NCBI GenBank assembly: GCA_964439015.1
Contig: CAYTMV010000001.1
Location: 34,174-98,173 of the forward strand
Origin: an uncultured Gemmobacter sp.
GTDB taxonomy: Bacteria; Pseudomonadota; Alphaproteobacteria; Rhodobacterales; Rhodobacteraceae
Direction of reading: 5' to 3'
Length of the DNA stretch: 64,000 nucleotides
Shown piece by piece: positions 48,240 to 56,395 of this stretch; position 1 is the stretch's first letter; every line of letters starts with the position of its first letter. Under the pieces are notes generated by a model that ran no database searches, was not told the origin of the DNA, and saw only the letters and a list, made by a program, of their open reading frames with translations. A program made the position numbers and the translations under genes.

Positions 48240-49550
48240 TCACCCTTCGAGGTAACGGCGTCTTTCGGCATCGCTGACCTCGCGGGCGAGGCTGGCGGTT
48301 TCGGCGGCGCAAAAGGCCGTGAAATTGTCGATGAAGGCCCCGCCGAACAGGCGGCGGGCATGATCGCTGGCGGCCAGGCGGGCGGCGGCCTCGGGCAGGG
48401 TGCCAGGCAGACGCGCGCCCACGATGTCATCCGGGCCGGAATTGGGGCTGGGATCGGGGGCCTGCAGCCCGCGTGCGATGCCGTCGAGGCCCGCGCCCAG
48501 CATCAGCGCCAGCGTCAGATGGGTGTTGCAATCCGTGCCGGGCAGGCGGAACTCCAACCGCGCGGTGTCGCCGGCCGAGGGGCAGGAGCGGACCGCCGTG
48601 GTAAAGCACCAATCCGACCAGCTGACCGATTTCGGCGCCCAGGTCCCCGGCGCGAAGCGGCGATAGGCGTTGACGGTGTGGGCGCAAAGCGCAAACGCTT
48701 CGGGCACGATCTGGGTCATGCCGCCGATGAAATTGCGGGCCAGCGCGTTGGTTTCGCCTGCGGGATCGGCAAACAGGTTGCGCCCCGTCGCCTTGTCGAT
48801 CAGCGACAGCGTGACGTGACCGCCCAGCCCCGGATAATCCGGCCCCAGCGAGGGCATGAACGTCGCGGTCATGTTGCGCTGGCGGGCAAAGGCGCGGCTG
48901 GCCAGCCGGAAGAAACTGGCGTCATCCGCGGCCTTGAGGCCGTTGGTTGCGCCCAGCGTGGCCTCGAAACAGCCCGGCCCCAGCTCGCCGCCGACGCCGA
49001 ACAGGTCGATGCCATGGGCCAGCAGCGCCTGTTCCCATGCGGTGACAAAGGCTGCCTCGGTCGCGGCGGTCGTGCCGGACCAGCACTTGTTGTCGGCGGC
49101 AAACTGGGCCGGCGGCGCAAAGCCCCTGGCGCGCAGGCTGGACGCAGTTTCATTGAGAAAGATCACCTCGAACTCGAAGGCGGCGCGCACGTCAAAGCCC
49201 ATCTCGGCCGCACGGGCGATCTGCGCTTTCAGCACGTTGCGCGGCATGATCGGCGCATATTGGCCCGCCAGATCGGCGATGATCGCGGCCGAGCGCGCCT
49301 CGAACCCGAAGGGGCGCAAAGACGCGGTGTCGATCTCCAGCTCTTCGGTGCGATAGGGGCCGCCGCCGAACAGGGCTTCGCCCGCATCCCAATGGCCGAC
49401 GACATTGGCAAAGCGCGGCTCTGCGGCCCATTGCAGAAACTGGTCGCGGCGCAGCCTGCGTTCGCGAAACAGGCCCATATTGTCGAACTGGCCGACATGG
49501 ATGATGTCGTAACCGTGGTCATGCAGCAGTTGGCTGAGGCTTTTGGCCAT
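48240..49550 (-). CDS. glutamine synthetase family protein, divergent paralog
   Basis: 436 aa. It has the GS fold motifs FEFEVIFL, GGELGPGCFEATL, NAYRRF and LEFRLPGTD. The ATP/His motif reads GLGGHVTLSL, so the second His of the GS H-x-H pair is not conserved. Confidence 0.75.
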   Translation of the reverse strand: MAKSLSQLLHDHGYDIIHVGQFDNMGLFRERRLRRDQFLQWAAEPRFANVVGHWDAGEALFGGGPYRTEELEIDTASLRPFGFEARSAAIIADLAGQYAPIMPRNVLKAQIARAAEMGFDVRAAFEFEVIFLNETASSLRARGFAPPAQFAADNKCWSGTTAATEAAFVTAWEQALLAHGIDLFGVGGELGPGCFEATLGATNGLKAADDASFFRLASRAFARQRNMTATFMPSLGPDYPGLGGHVTLSLIDKATGRNLFADPAGETNALARNFIGGMTQIVPEAFALCAHTVNAYRRFAPGTWAPKSVSWSDWCFTTAVRSCPSAGDTARLEFRLPGTDCNTHLTLALMLGAGLDGIARGLQAPDPSPNSGPDDIVGARLPGTLPEAAARLAASDHARRLFGGAFIDNFTAFCAAETASLAREVSDAERRRYLEG

Positions 49551-49613
49551 GGAATTTCGGTCCTGTTGGGGAAGGGGGCGCGCGGAGCCGCAGCCCCGCG
49601 CGTGGCTTGGCGT

Positions 49614-50822
49614 TCAGACTTCGGGATCGAAGGCCATCGGCATCGTCAGCGGGCCGGTATTGCCGCTGTCGCGCAGGAAGGTCGGCTCGGCGCTGTAGCG
49701 CGGGTTGCGGATGCGTTGCGCCAGCAGCGACAGCGCCTCGGTCATGTCGCCACGGGCGATGAAGTGGCCGATGCAGTGATGCGGCCCCAGCCCGAAGCCG
49801 AAATGGTTCTTGCGGTCGGTGACGGTGATGTCGAAGCCGGGAGTGTCGAAGGCGCGCGGGTCCGAGCAGGCAGACTGGCTGAAGATGTGGACGGTGGTGC
49901 CCTTCTTGATCGCCAGATCCTGAAACTCGAAATCCTCCAGCGCCTCGCGCGTGACCCAGGTGACGGTGGGGCGCACGCGCATCACCTCTTCCACTGCCAC
50001 CCGCGCCAGATCGGGGTTCTGGCCCAGCAGCGCCCATTGATCCGGGTGGCGCAGGAAGGTGTCCATCGCCAGACCGATCTGGTTGCGGGTGGTGTCGATG
50101 CCGCCAAAGACCGACAGCACGATCATGTCGATCATTTCCTGTTCGCTCAGCGCATCGGCGCTTTCCTGATTGGCGCGGATCAGGGATGAGACAAAGCCGT
50201 CATCCAGCCCCTTGGCGCGCAGATCGTCGACGATCCCCTGCGCATAGGCGAACATCATGTCAGTGGCCGCGTTGATCTGGTCCTGATCCTGTTTGTAGCT
50301 GGTGCCCAAGGCCATGCCCATCTGCACGGCCAGATCGACCAGATACTCCCAATCGCCCTGATTGGTGCCCAGCAGCAGGCAGATCACCCGCGTCGCATAG
50401 GGCTCGGCAAAGGCGCGGACAAAGTCGCACTCGCCCTTTTTGGCGAAACCGTCGATCAGCTCATTCGCGAGGTTCTGGAATTCGGGGCGCAGCACCTTGA
50501 CCAGCTTGGGCGAAAAGGCGGGGTTGGCCAGCTTGCGCAGGCGCTGATGGTCCGCGCCCTCGCGGTTCAGCATGATGCGCAGCCACCAGTCGGCCCAGCT
50601 GCCGGTCGCCTGATTATGCGCAGGCCAGGCGTAGGAGCCCTGCCGCAGCCGCGTGTCGCGGATCAGTTGCGAGACCTCTGCATAGCGCAGCACGGCGATG
50701 CCATAGGGGGTGCGCGCATACCAGCTGCGTTCGCGCGCATCCGCGACCTCCTGCGACCGCATCGAGAAGTTCGGGTCGGTCAGATCAAGGTAAGGGGCAT
50801 TGTCGAGTGTGGCGGTATCCAT
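49614..50822 (-). CDS. cytochrome P450
   Basis: 402 aa from MDTATL with a GGGAGA RBS. The I-helix is GGIDTT, the ExxR is EEVMRVRP and the haem ligand loop is FGFGLGPHHCIGHF. Confidence 0.85.
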   Translation of the reverse strand: MDTATLDNAPYLDLTDPNFSMRSQEVADARERSWYARTPYGIAVLRYAEVSQLIRDTRLRQGSYAWPAHNQATGSWADWWLRIMLNREGADHQRLRKLANPAFSPKLVKVLRPEFQNLANELIDGFAKKGECDFVRAFAEPYATRVICLLLGTNQGDWEYLVDLAVQMGMALGTSYKQDQDQINAATDMMFAYAQGIVDDLRAKGLDDGFVSSLIRANQESADALSEQEMIDMIVLSVFGGIDTTRNQIGLAMDTFLRHPDQWALLGQNPDLARVAVEEVMRVRPTVTWVTREALEDFEFQDLAIKKGTTVHIFSQSACSDPRAFDTPGFDITVTDRKNHFGFGLGPHHCIGHFIARGDMTEALSLLAQRIRNPRYSAEPTFLRDSGNTGPLTMPMAFDPEV

Positions 50823-50872
50823 CGGTATCTCCCTGATGCATGCGTTCTGGCTGCGCGTGTCATCAGGGCCTA

Positions 50873-50889
50873 TGAAATTGCCGTGCCAG
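50873..50889 (-). promoter_or_regulatory. sigma-54-like promoter CTGGCACG-GCAA-TTTCA
   Basis: The -24 element TGGCACG is perfect. The -12 element is TTTCA instead of TTGCA, so the conserved G is replaced. It lies 50 nt upstream of the P450 ATG, immediately after the rpoN paralog. Confidence 0.45.
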
Positions 50890-50960
50890 TTTGCCAAAAT
50901 GGGCAAGCACGCGGGATGCTGCCGCGGCCGGGTGCAGGCGCATCCTTTTGAGAAAATGTT

Positions 50961-52271
50961 TTATTTCAGATACTTGCGCCGGTCTGATGTGGCCGGGATG
51001 CCCATTTGCGCGCGATATTTCGCGATGGTGCGCCGCGCAATGGACAGGCCGCGCTGCGACAGACGCGCGGCTATTGCCGCATCGCTGACGGGCTTTCGGG
51101 GGTTCTCGGCGTCAATCTGGGCGCGGATCGCCCCGCAGAGCCATGCGGCAGACACCCCTTCCGCCGCATCATCGCCGCCGATGGATTGCAGGAAAAATCG
51201 TTTCAGGGCCAGAGTGCCGGTCGGCGTCTGGATGAAAACCGCATTGACCACACGGCTGACAGTGCTTTCGCTGAGATTGAGCTGCTCGGCGAGGCTGCGC
51301 TGCGACAGGGGCCGCAGATTGCCGGGGCCGCGTTCCAGAAAATCACGTTGGTGCTGCACCAGTGCAGCGCCAATATTCAGCACGGTCCGTTGCCGGCGGG
51401 CGACGGCCTCTACCAGCCAGCGCGCGGTGCCATAAGCCGCCCGCAGTTCGGGCGAGGGCTTGCCGCGCTCCAACCGCTGCATCAGCGTTTCATCAACCGC
51501 GACAGTGGGCAAAATCGACCGGTCCAGCCGCACCTGCCACGCGCCGGTCGCATTCTGCTCTGCCAGCAGATCGGGGCGGATGGTTTGCACGGGCGGGATC
51601 GAGAAGGCGAGGCCCGGCTTTGGGTCCAGCCGCCGCAGCCGCTGCAAAACCGCATCAACGGATGCGCGAGGCAATCCGGTTGCGCGGGTCAACGCGTTGG
51701 GGCCGCCGCGTTCCAGTTCTGGCAGATGGGTCAGCACCGTCTCGGCGGCTGCGTCCAAGGCCCCTGCCTCGGCCAGTTGCAGGCGCAGACAGTCGGCCAG
51801 GTTGCGGGCGAAGAGCCCGGTGGGTTCGATCCGCTGCAATTTTTCCAGCACGGTTTCCAGGCGCCGCACCGGCACACCATGGCGGGCAGCGATCTGCTCG
51901 GGGGGCTCGGCCAGCCAACCAGCGGGCAGCAGCGCATCCGTCAGCAGAAGCGCGAGGCCACGCTCGGCCTGTGAAACCCCGCAAAGCCCCATCTGCGCCA
52001 GAACGTGATCCATCAGGCAGGGGCCATCGGCCGAACCGGCGGCAAAGGGCAGGTCGTCAGCGTCCAGCCCGCCCGGCGAGGGGCTGCGCGAAAAAGGCAG
52101 CTCGAGTGGCGGGGCGCTGATGCGCAGCAGGGGGTTTGCATCCGCCTCGCGCTGCAGCATCGCTGTCAGTTCGATGGCATTCATCTGCAGGATTGCAAGG
52201 GCCCGCTGCATGTCCGGGGTCAGCGCCAGCAGCCGCTTTTGTCGAAGATCGAGGCCCGGATTGATCTTCAT
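50961..52271 (-). CDS. rpoN: RNA polymerase sigma-54 factor, short paralog
   Basis: 436 aa from MKINPGLDLRQ. It has region I (LALTPDMQRALAILQMN), an HTH (LNLSESTVSRVV) and the RpoN box (ARRTIAKYR). Confidence 0.85.
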   Translation of the reverse strand: MKINPGLDLRQKRLLALTPDMQRALAILQMNAIELTAMLQREADANPLLRISAPPLELPFSRSPSPGGLDADDLPFAAGSADGPCLMDHVLAQMGLCGVSQAERGLALLLTDALLPAGWLAEPPEQIAARHGVPVRRLETVLEKLQRIEPTGLFARNLADCLRLQLAEAGALDAAAETVLTHLPELERGGPNALTRATGLPRASVDAVLQRLRRLDPKPGLAFSIPPVQTIRPDLLAEQNATGAWQVRLDRSILPTVAVDETLMQRLERGKPSPELRAAYGTARWLVEAVARRQRTVLNIGAALVQHQRDFLERGPGNLRPLSQRSLAEQLNLSESTVSRVVNAVFIQTPTGTLALKRFFLQSIGGDDAAEGVSAAWLCGAIRAQIDAENPRKPVSDAAIAARLSQRGLSIARRTIAKYRAQMGIPATSDRRKYLK

Positions 52272-52281
52272 GGTGGTGGCG

Positions 52282-53676
52282 TCAGTCGGCCGGTTTGGTC
52301 TTGCGGACGATCGTGCCGATATCGACATCAAGGGCCGCGGCCGCCTTGCGCTTGCTGCCATGCATCGCAATTGCGGACTCGATCAGTTGACGCTCGTAGC
52401 GGGCGACCATCTCCTTGAGGGTCTTGCCTTCGATCGGTGTGACCGGGGGCGGGGCATCCGCGGTGACGGTGCCGCCTTCAAGGACGGGCGTCAGCTCATC
52501 TTCGCCCATGATCGAGATCTGCTGGATGATGTTGTAGAGTTCGCGGATATTGCCGGGATAATCATAGGTCATCAGCCGGGCGTGGAGTTCGGCGCTGAGG
52601 ACCAGCGGCTCTGACCGGCGCTGATTGACGATGGCGACAAACCGCTCGATCAGATGCGCGATCAGTTCGGGCGTGTCGCGCAGCGGGCGGATCGGCAGCT
52701 TGACCACCGCCAGCCGGTGATAGAGATCGCGCCGGAAGGTCCGGTCGTTCACCATCTCCAGCAATTCGCGATTGGTGGCCGAAATCACCCGCACATGCAC
52801 GGCCCGCGGCTTTGAGCCGCCAACGCGCTGCACCGTGCCATCCTCCAGAAACGACAGCAGTTTGGATTGCAGATGCAGAGGGATCTCGCCGACCTCGTCG
52901 AGAAACAGCGTGCCGCCCTCGGCCTGCTCGATCAGCCCCTTCTTGCCCGAGCTGAGCGCGCCGGTGAACGCGCCTTTCTCATAGCCGAACAGCTCGGATT
53001 CAAACAGCGTATCGGGAATGGCCGCGCAATTCACGACGATGAAGGGGTCAGAGGCGTCGCTGACGTGGCGGTGCAGGTGGCGGGCGATCTCGGTCTTGCC
53101 GACGCCGCTTTCGCCCGTGATGATGACCCGCGCATCCTGCACCAACGCGCGTTCGTCCAGGGCAATGATGCGGTCGAGGTAGGAGCAGATCTGCCGCTGG
53201 CGCAGGAAATCCGGGCGCACCTTGCGTTCGGCGCCGGGGGTGCGGCCCGCATGGGGCAGGCCAGTCGCGCGGCGTCGGGCATGGTCAAAGACCTCGAGGT
53301 CGCGCAGCTGCATCACCATGCCGCCATCCCCGCCCATCACCCGCCGCAGGGTCACGAAAACCGCCCCGCGGATCCCGCCGCGCAGCACGAAATCGCCATT
53401 GCCCTGCCGTTCGACCGCGCCCAGCACGGTATCCCAGTCATAGCCCCCCACGGAGCCCAGCGCCTCGGCATCCTGACCGGCCAGATCGGCGCCCTTGATG
53501 CCAAGGATCTGCCCGGCCTCGGCATTGATGAACACAAGGCGGCGGTCGCGGTTGATGACGACGATCCCGTCGGCAAAAGAGGCAACGCTGCGCAGGATCA
53601 GGTCGGTTGCGTCGCCCAGAGTGGGCGGGCGCGACCTGTGGGAAGGTGCCGTTTCCTCTGGGCGGGGGCTGGTCAT
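52282..53676 (-). CDS. sigma-54-dependent transcriptional activator (PAS-AAA+-HTH)
   Basis: 464 aa with Walker A GESGVGKT, the GAFTGA loop, Walker B LFLDEVGE and a C-terminal Fis-type HTH. Its ATG overlaps the stop of the upstream PAS gene (ATGA). Confidence 0.85.
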   Translation of the reverse strand: MTSPRPEETAPSHRSRPPTLGDATDLILRSVASFADGIVVINRDRRLVFINAEAGQILGIKGADLAGQDAEALGSVGGYDWDTVLGAVERQGNGDFVLRGGIRGAVFVTLRRVMGGDGGMVMQLRDLEVFDHARRRATGLPHAGRTPGAERKVRPDFLRQRQICSYLDRIIALDERALVQDARVIITGESGVGKTEIARHLHRHVSDASDPFIVVNCAAIPDTLFESELFGYEKGAFTGALSSGKKGLIEQAEGGTLFLDEVGEIPLHLQSKLLSFLEDGTVQRVGGSKPRAVHVRVISATNRELLEMVNDRTFRRDLYHRLAVVKLPIRPLRDTPELIAHLIERFVAIVNQRRSEPLVLSAELHARLMTYDYPGNIRELYNIIQQISIMGEDELTPVLEGGTVTADAPPPVTPIEGKTLKEMVARYERQLIESAIAMHGSKRKAAAALDVDIGTIVRKTKPAD

Positions 53677-54875
53677 TTTGCCAGGATCTCGTCTTGCTGG
53701 GGATCATCGGGCATCCGCGCCTGCGGCTTGCGGAGGGTGACGGCCAGATAGGGCAGGCCGCGCGTCTCGAACCGGCGGGCGTTCACTTCAGCCTGGATCG
53801 GCCCGTCATGGTGCTGGGCGTCGACCAGGATCGGCGCCCGCAGCGCCCCGGTCACGCTTTGCTCGGTCAGGGTCATCAGGCGATGCGGATGCGCGGCGGC
53901 GCTGACCAGCTTTTCCAGCGGCTGGCCGACGATCATGTCGGTGTTCATGCCAAAGAAAACCCGGGCGGCGGTGTTGGCCAGCAGGATCAGGCCGCTGCCA
54001 TCGACCAGCAGCAGGGCCTCGGGCACTGCCACGAGGGCCAGTTCCAGATCGCCCATCCGCTTGCGCAGCTCGTCATTGCGGCGCAGGTGCTTGGAGACAT
54101 CGCGCACCGTGCCCCACATCCTGTGCAGCTGGTTGTTGCGGATCAGCCCGCGCACGTCGTTTTCGACATCGACCGTGGTGCCGTCGTAACGGGTGTCGTG
54201 GGACAGCGCGCGCACCACGTCAAAGTTGTTGCGCAGCAGGAAAAGCGCGAAGGCCTCGTTTCCCGGGTTGCGGTCGAAGATCTCTCGCACCGGCCGGTCA
54301 TTCAGATCCTGATCATCCGGCAGCCGGTAAAACCGCCCCATCGCGGCGTTGCAAAACCGCCAATGCCGGCGGTTCTCGAACATCTGGCGTACGATCTCCT
54401 GCTCCGGGGCGGACAGGTCAACCGGCTCGGCATATTCGATGCACCAGCTGGGATCGTCCGAGGCGTTGAGGATGTCGATCAACACCGCCTTGCCCTCGGC
54501 AAGGGCGTCGCGGTCGGCAAAAGAGGCGTGATGCCATTTGAAGGTCCGCAGGGTCCGTGTCGGACCCGAGCCCTCAACCTCGACGACCGCACAGACGTTC
54601 TGTGGCCTTCCATCGGCGCGGCGCAGTTCAAGCACAAGGGCCTTGGGCGCGTTTTGGGGGTGGTCAAGGATGTTGGAAAGATGTGCGCGGGCGCTGCGGC
54701 TGTAGATCCGCGACCAGTCGGCGCCCGTGATCTCTTCTGTCGCATAACCCAGCCATGCGGCCTGACGGTCGTCGCAAGCCAGGATGATCCCCTGATCCGA
54801 AATGCGGTCGATCATCGCCACGTTCTCATCCTCTGGCGAGGGGATCGGGGAAGATGCGGCGGAAACGGGTGTCAT
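53673..54875 (-). CDS. multi-PAS-domain protein without output domain
   Basis: 400 aa with PAS-like repeats (for example ILACDDRQAAWLGYATEEITG and LLVDGSGLILLANTAARVFFG). I detect no kinase, GGDEF, HTH or receiver motif. The start codon is uncertain because there is no clear RBS. Confidence 0.6.
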   Translation of the reverse strand: MTPVSAASSPIPSPEDENVAMIDRISDQGIILACDDRQAAWLGYATEEITGADWSRIYSRSARAHLSNILDHPQNAPKALVLELRRADGRPQNVCAVVEVEGSGPTRTLRTFKWHHASFADRDALAEGKAVLIDILNASDDPSWCIEYAEPVDLSAPEQEIVRQMFENRRHWRFCNAAMGRFYRLPDDQDLNDRPVREIFDRNPGNEAFALFLLRNNFDVVRALSHDTRYDGTTVDVENDVRGLIRNNQLHRMWGTVRDVSKHLRRNDELRKRMGDLELALVAVPEALLLVDGSGLILLANTAARVFFGMNTDMIVGQPLEKLVSAAAHPHRLMTLTEQSVTGALRAPILVDAQHHDGPIQAEVNARRFETRGLPYLAVTLRKPQARMPDDPQQDEILAK

Positions 54876-54965
54876 GGCGGGGCCTGCGATGCGTCGGGGA
54901 TACTGCGTTCCGTCAATGCTGGCGCTGACGGATACAGGCGGTCAAGGGGCTTGTTGTGGGTGATG

Positions 54966-54999
54966 TAAGTATGCGCTGCAAAACTGCAGCGCATACTTA
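54966..54999. repeat. perfect 15-bp-arm inverted repeat TAAGTATGCGCTGCA-AAAC-TGCAGCGCATACTTA
   Basis: Base pairing was checked position by position (54966-54980 with 54985-54999). It is relatively AT-rich for this genome and lies between the MFS stop and the PAS gene start. Confidence 0.8.
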
Positions 55000-55023
55000 A
55001 TTTTGCAGCGGATGAGTCCGATT

Positions 55024-56238
55024 TCAGGCCGCGCTTGGCACGCGCCGACGCAGGCCCCGCAGGCTGCGATAGGCGATGAACGCGCCGCCAAGCGTGGCGA
55101 GGATCAGCAGGTTATTCACATGCCCGACAATGACATAGCTGCCATCCGCGATCAGCGCGCCCCCAAGGCTGGGCCCGACGAACAGGCCGACCATCAGCGC
55201 GCTGCCTGCCGCGGCCGCCACCCGGCCCTCCACATCCATCTCGGCGGCAAGGGCCGTCAGATAGGACAGGCAGAAGAAATAGCTGCCAACCCAGAACAGC
55301 GCCGAAATCGAATAGAGCGTGGCATCATTGGACGCCTGGCTGACCAGATAGGTCACCAGACCCGAGGCGATGATTCCGACGACCAGTGGCAGACGCAGGC
55401 CAAACCGCGCCCCGATCACCGTTGCCAGCAGCGGACCGACAAGCCCGAACAGCGCCGAGTTCGCCAGAAGCGCGCCAACCTCGGCTTCGCTCAGTCCCGC
55501 TTCCATGCCGGTCGTGGCGATGAACGCCCACGAAATGGTGTCGCGCAACGAGAAGCAGAAGAAGGCGATCAGGATGGCGATGCCGCCCATGTCGAGGATC
55601 GAGAAGTGGCCACGATCGGTCTGGTGCGCCTTCACGAACTCCTGGGTCGGTGCGGCTTTCGGCAGAAACACCAGCAAAGGCGACAGGACGGCAACGGTGC
55701 CGGCCAATGCCAGATAGACCCCGGTTTGCCCGTAGGCCTCGCTGATCGGGCCGAAGATCCGGGAAATGACCGCCATCACGAAGACGAACAGCACGGTCAT
55801 GTGGCCGGCAAACTTTTCGGGCTGCTCTGCATTGGCGACGGTTGCATTGCCGGTGGCCAGCGCCAGACCCGCGCCCAGACCAGCGCAGGTCCGCAGCACC
55901 ATCAGCGACTCATAGCTGCCCCAGATGGCGCTGGCGAGGTTGGCCAGGACGACGATGGCCGCGCCTGCCATCGCAACCGTGCGGCGGTTGATGACCGCGA
56001 CCCGCGGCGCAAGCAGCACCGAAGTCACGAAGACGCCGGCAAATTCCAATGTGCTGAGCAAACCGGCCTGGGCCTCGTCAAGGCCGAGGCTGGCCATGTT
56101 GGCACCCACCATGAAGGGCAGCGCGATCAGCGCCAGCAATCCGGTGCCATAGGCAGCGGCAAAGGCGGCCAGCAAGGTGCCCCAGTTGTTGGGCATCAAA
56201 TCCCTGAGCCCTCCGGGGGCGAGGGGTCTTTCGGTCAT
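55024..56238 (-). CDS. MFS transporter
   Basis: 404 aa from MTERPLAP with a GGGAGA RBS and a 12-helix profile. The longer ORF call (to 56313) would swallow the sigma-54 promoter. Confidence 0.75.
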   Translation of the reverse strand: MTERPLAPGGLRDLMPNNWGTLLAAFAAAYGTGLLALIALPFMVGANMASLGLDEAQAGLLSTLEFAGVFVTSVLLAPRVAVINRRTVAMAGAAIVVLANLASAIWGSYESLMVLRTCAGLGAGLALATGNATVANAEQPEKFAGHMTVLFVFVMAVISRIFGPISEAYGQTGVYLALAGTVAVLSPLLVFLPKAAPTQEFVKAHQTDRGHFSILDMGGIAILIAFFCFSLRDTISWAFIATTGMEAGLSEAEVGALLANSALFGLVGPLLATVIGARFGLRLPLVVGIIASGLVTYLVSQASNDATLYSISALFWVGSYFFCLSYLTALAAEMDVEGRVAAAAGSALMVGLFVGPSLGGALIADGSYVIVGHVNNLLILATLGGAFIAYRSLRGLRRRVPSAA

Positions 56239-56279
56239 GGCAGTCTCCCTGTTTGTCTTGTTTTTCTGTTGATCGGGGA

Positions 56280-56295
56280 TGCAAGACCTGTGCCA
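56280..56295 (-). promoter_or_regulatory. sigma-54 (-24/-12) promoter TGGCAC-AGGTC-TTGCA
   Basis: Perfect consensus on the minus strand, 42 nt upstream of the MFS ATG. It lies within a 21-nt stretch identical to 42585..42605. Confidence 0.75.
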
Positions 56296-56370
56296 GATTT
56301 GTCCACCTGACAAGAAACCTGTCGTTTCAACACGCTAGGCTTGCGGGGCGGTTGGTGTTGTATCCAGTGG

Positions 56371-56395
56371 TGCAGCAGGGCTGCATCACGTGATG
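56371..56395. promoter_or_regulatory. candidate upstream activator sites: TGCAGC-AGG-GCTGCA and CATCACGTGATG
   Basis: Two adjacent or overlapping perfect palindromes lie 76-100 bp upstream of the -24 element, which is the usual distance for an enhancer-binding protein. Confidence 0.3.

Noticed and set aside
46647-50189. 1180-aa plus-strand ORF, the longest in the track
   Set aside because: It runs antisense to two GS-like genes and the P450, all of which have clear catalytic motifs. Its translation is low-complexity and R/G/A/Q-rich, as expected for the reverse frame of high-GC genes.
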